Source: a phage. Taken from it: a DNA stretch of 238 bases. Every line of letters begins with the position of its first letter. The first letter of the stretch is position 1. The translations under genes were made by a program, and so were the position numbers. Shown piece by piece: positions 1-238 of this stretch. Where the stretch lies: the sequence record X58667.1; one strand, 5' to 3'. A model generated the notes under the pieces. It did not search any database. It worked only from the letters and a program-made list of their open reading frames with translations, and had not been told where the DNA came from.

Positions 1-56
1 GGATCCGTTGACCTGCAGGTCGACCCAGATCTGGGTCGACCGGTCGACCCAGATCC
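1..56. other. Synthetic multiple-cloning-site / linker region (BamHI 1-6, GTTGAC HincII-type 7-12, PstI 13-18, SalI 19-24, BglII 27-32, SalI 35-40, AgeI 39-44, SalI 43-48, AGATCC hybrid 51-56)
   Basis: Seen directly: eight or more 6-bp restriction recognition sequences tiled almost without gaps in 56 bp, far too dense for natural DNA. The first 24 bp (GGATCCGTTGACCTGCAGGTCGAC) resemble the symmetric BamHI-SalI-PstI-SalI polylinker of M13mp7/pUC7-type vectors with one base difference (GTTGAC rather than GTCGAC); this resemblance is recalled from memory, not searched. GC content drops sharply after about position 56. Confidence 0.8.
19..40. repeat. Perfect 22-bp palindrome GTCGACCCAGATCTGGGTCGAC (SalI-BglII-SalI linker); its left arm recurs as a 14-bp direct repeat GGTCGACCCAGATC at 18-31 and 42-55
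   Basis: Seen directly: the reverse complement of 19-40 is identical to itself, and positions 18-31 and 42-55 are identical. The pattern fits duplicated synthetic linker halves rather than a natural operator or mobile-element inverted repeat. Confidence 0.85.
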
Positions 57-95
57 ACTCGTTATTCTCGGACGAGTGTTCAGTAATGAACCTCT

Positions 96-101
96 GGAGA
101 G
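96..101 (+). promoter_or_regulatory. Shine-Dalgarno-like ribosome binding site (GGAGAG) for the ATG at 106
   Basis: Seen directly: GGAG at 96-99 (GGAGAG 96-101) lies 6 nt (4 nt from the extended motif) upstream of ATG 106-108, within the usual bacterial spacing range. Confidence 0.5.
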
Positions 102-105
102 AACC

Positions 106-238
106 ATGTATATGATCGTTATCTGGGTTGGACTTCTGCTTTTAAGCCCAGATAACTGGCCTGAATATGTTAATGAGAGAATCGGTATTCCTCATGTGTG
201 GCATGTTTTCGTCTTTGCTCTTGCATTTTCGCTAGCAA
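106..238 (+). CDS. Partial CDS (5' start in window, 3' end beyond window): hypothetical small hydrophobic/membrane protein, N-terminus MYMIVIWVGLLLLSPDNWPEYVNERIGIPHVWHVFVFALAFSLA...
   Basis: Seen directly: ATG at 106 with an upstream SD-like motif, and an open frame from 106 to the window end with no stop (44 full codons). The translation has a hydrophobic stretch at residues 1-13 (MYMIVIWVGLLLL), a polar/charged loop (SPDNWPEYVNERIG), then a second hydrophobic stretch (IPHVWHVFVFALAFSLA) still running at the window edge. Codon usage is AT-biased and includes AGA. No family assignment could be made from memory. The start is ambiguous: ATG 112 and GTG 76 are in the same frame, and the frame is open back to position 1. 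Confidence 0.55.
   Translation, partial: MYMIVIWVGLLLLSPDNWPEYVNERIGIPHVWHVFVFALAFSLA

Noticed and set aside
7-40. TTGAC(C) at 8-13 resembles a sigma70 -35 hexamer (TTGACA)
   Set aside because: No TATAAT-like -10 element lies 16-19 bp downstream (the region is GC-rich linker: CAGGTCGACCCAGATCT). The motif is explained by a HincII/SalI-type restriction site in the polylinker.
19-55. Palindrome and direct repeats considered as a natural operator, transposon terminal inverted repeat or CRISPR-like repeat
   Set aside because: The repeat units are composed entirely of restriction recognition sequences (SalI, BglII) with short C/G spacers, which is diagnostic of synthetic linkers. There are no spacer-repeat periodicity or target-site duplications.
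57-105. Searched for a native promoter driving the ORF in the insert leader
   Set aside because: No convincing -35/-10 pair was found; the best -10-like candidate (TAATGA at 84-89) matches the consensus poorly and has no -35 partner. Transcription probably comes from upstream of the window (vector promoter or native operon).
86-115. 9-codon ORF (MNLWREPCI*) considered as an independent small-protein gene
   Set aside because: It is too short to call, has no RBS of its own, and lies entirely within the leader and start region of the main ORF. It is kept only as a possible coupling or leader element in the findings, not annotated as a CDS.
1-141. Minus-strand open frame running from about + strand position 141 down to position 1 (47 or more codons without a stop)
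   Set aside because: It contains no in-frame ATG, GTG or TTG start, runs into synthetic polylinker, and lies antisense to a better-supported ORF with an RBS. It is most likely a spurious open frame.

Overview
This 238-bp window looks like an engineered cloning junction, not a native genomic locus. Positions 1-56 are a GC-rich synthetic polylinker packed with restriction sites: BamHI 1-6, HincII-type GTTGAC 7-12, PstI 13-18, SalI 19-24, BglII 27-32, SalI 35-40, AgeI 39-44, SalI 43-48, and an AGATCC BglII/BamHI-type hybrid at 51-56. It contains a perfect 22-bp palindrome (19-40) and a 14-bp direct repeat (18-31 and 42-55). From about position 57 the sequence becomes AT-richer and natural-looking. 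It carries a Shine-Dalgarno-like GGAGAG (96-101) followed by an ATG at 106 that opens a reading frame running to the window edge (44 codons or more, 3'-truncated). The predicted N-terminus, MYMIVIWVGLLLLSPDNWPEYVNERIGIPHVWHVFVFALAFSLA, has two hydrophobic segments separated by a short polar loop, so it is probably a small membrane protein. I could not match it to a known family from memory and no homology search was possible. The same frame is stop-free from position 1, so an in-frame fusion through the linker cannot be excluded. No RNA genes, CRISPR arrays or mobile-element termini are supportable. A single short window of vector plus one truncated ORF cannot support any claim of a novel multi-gene system.
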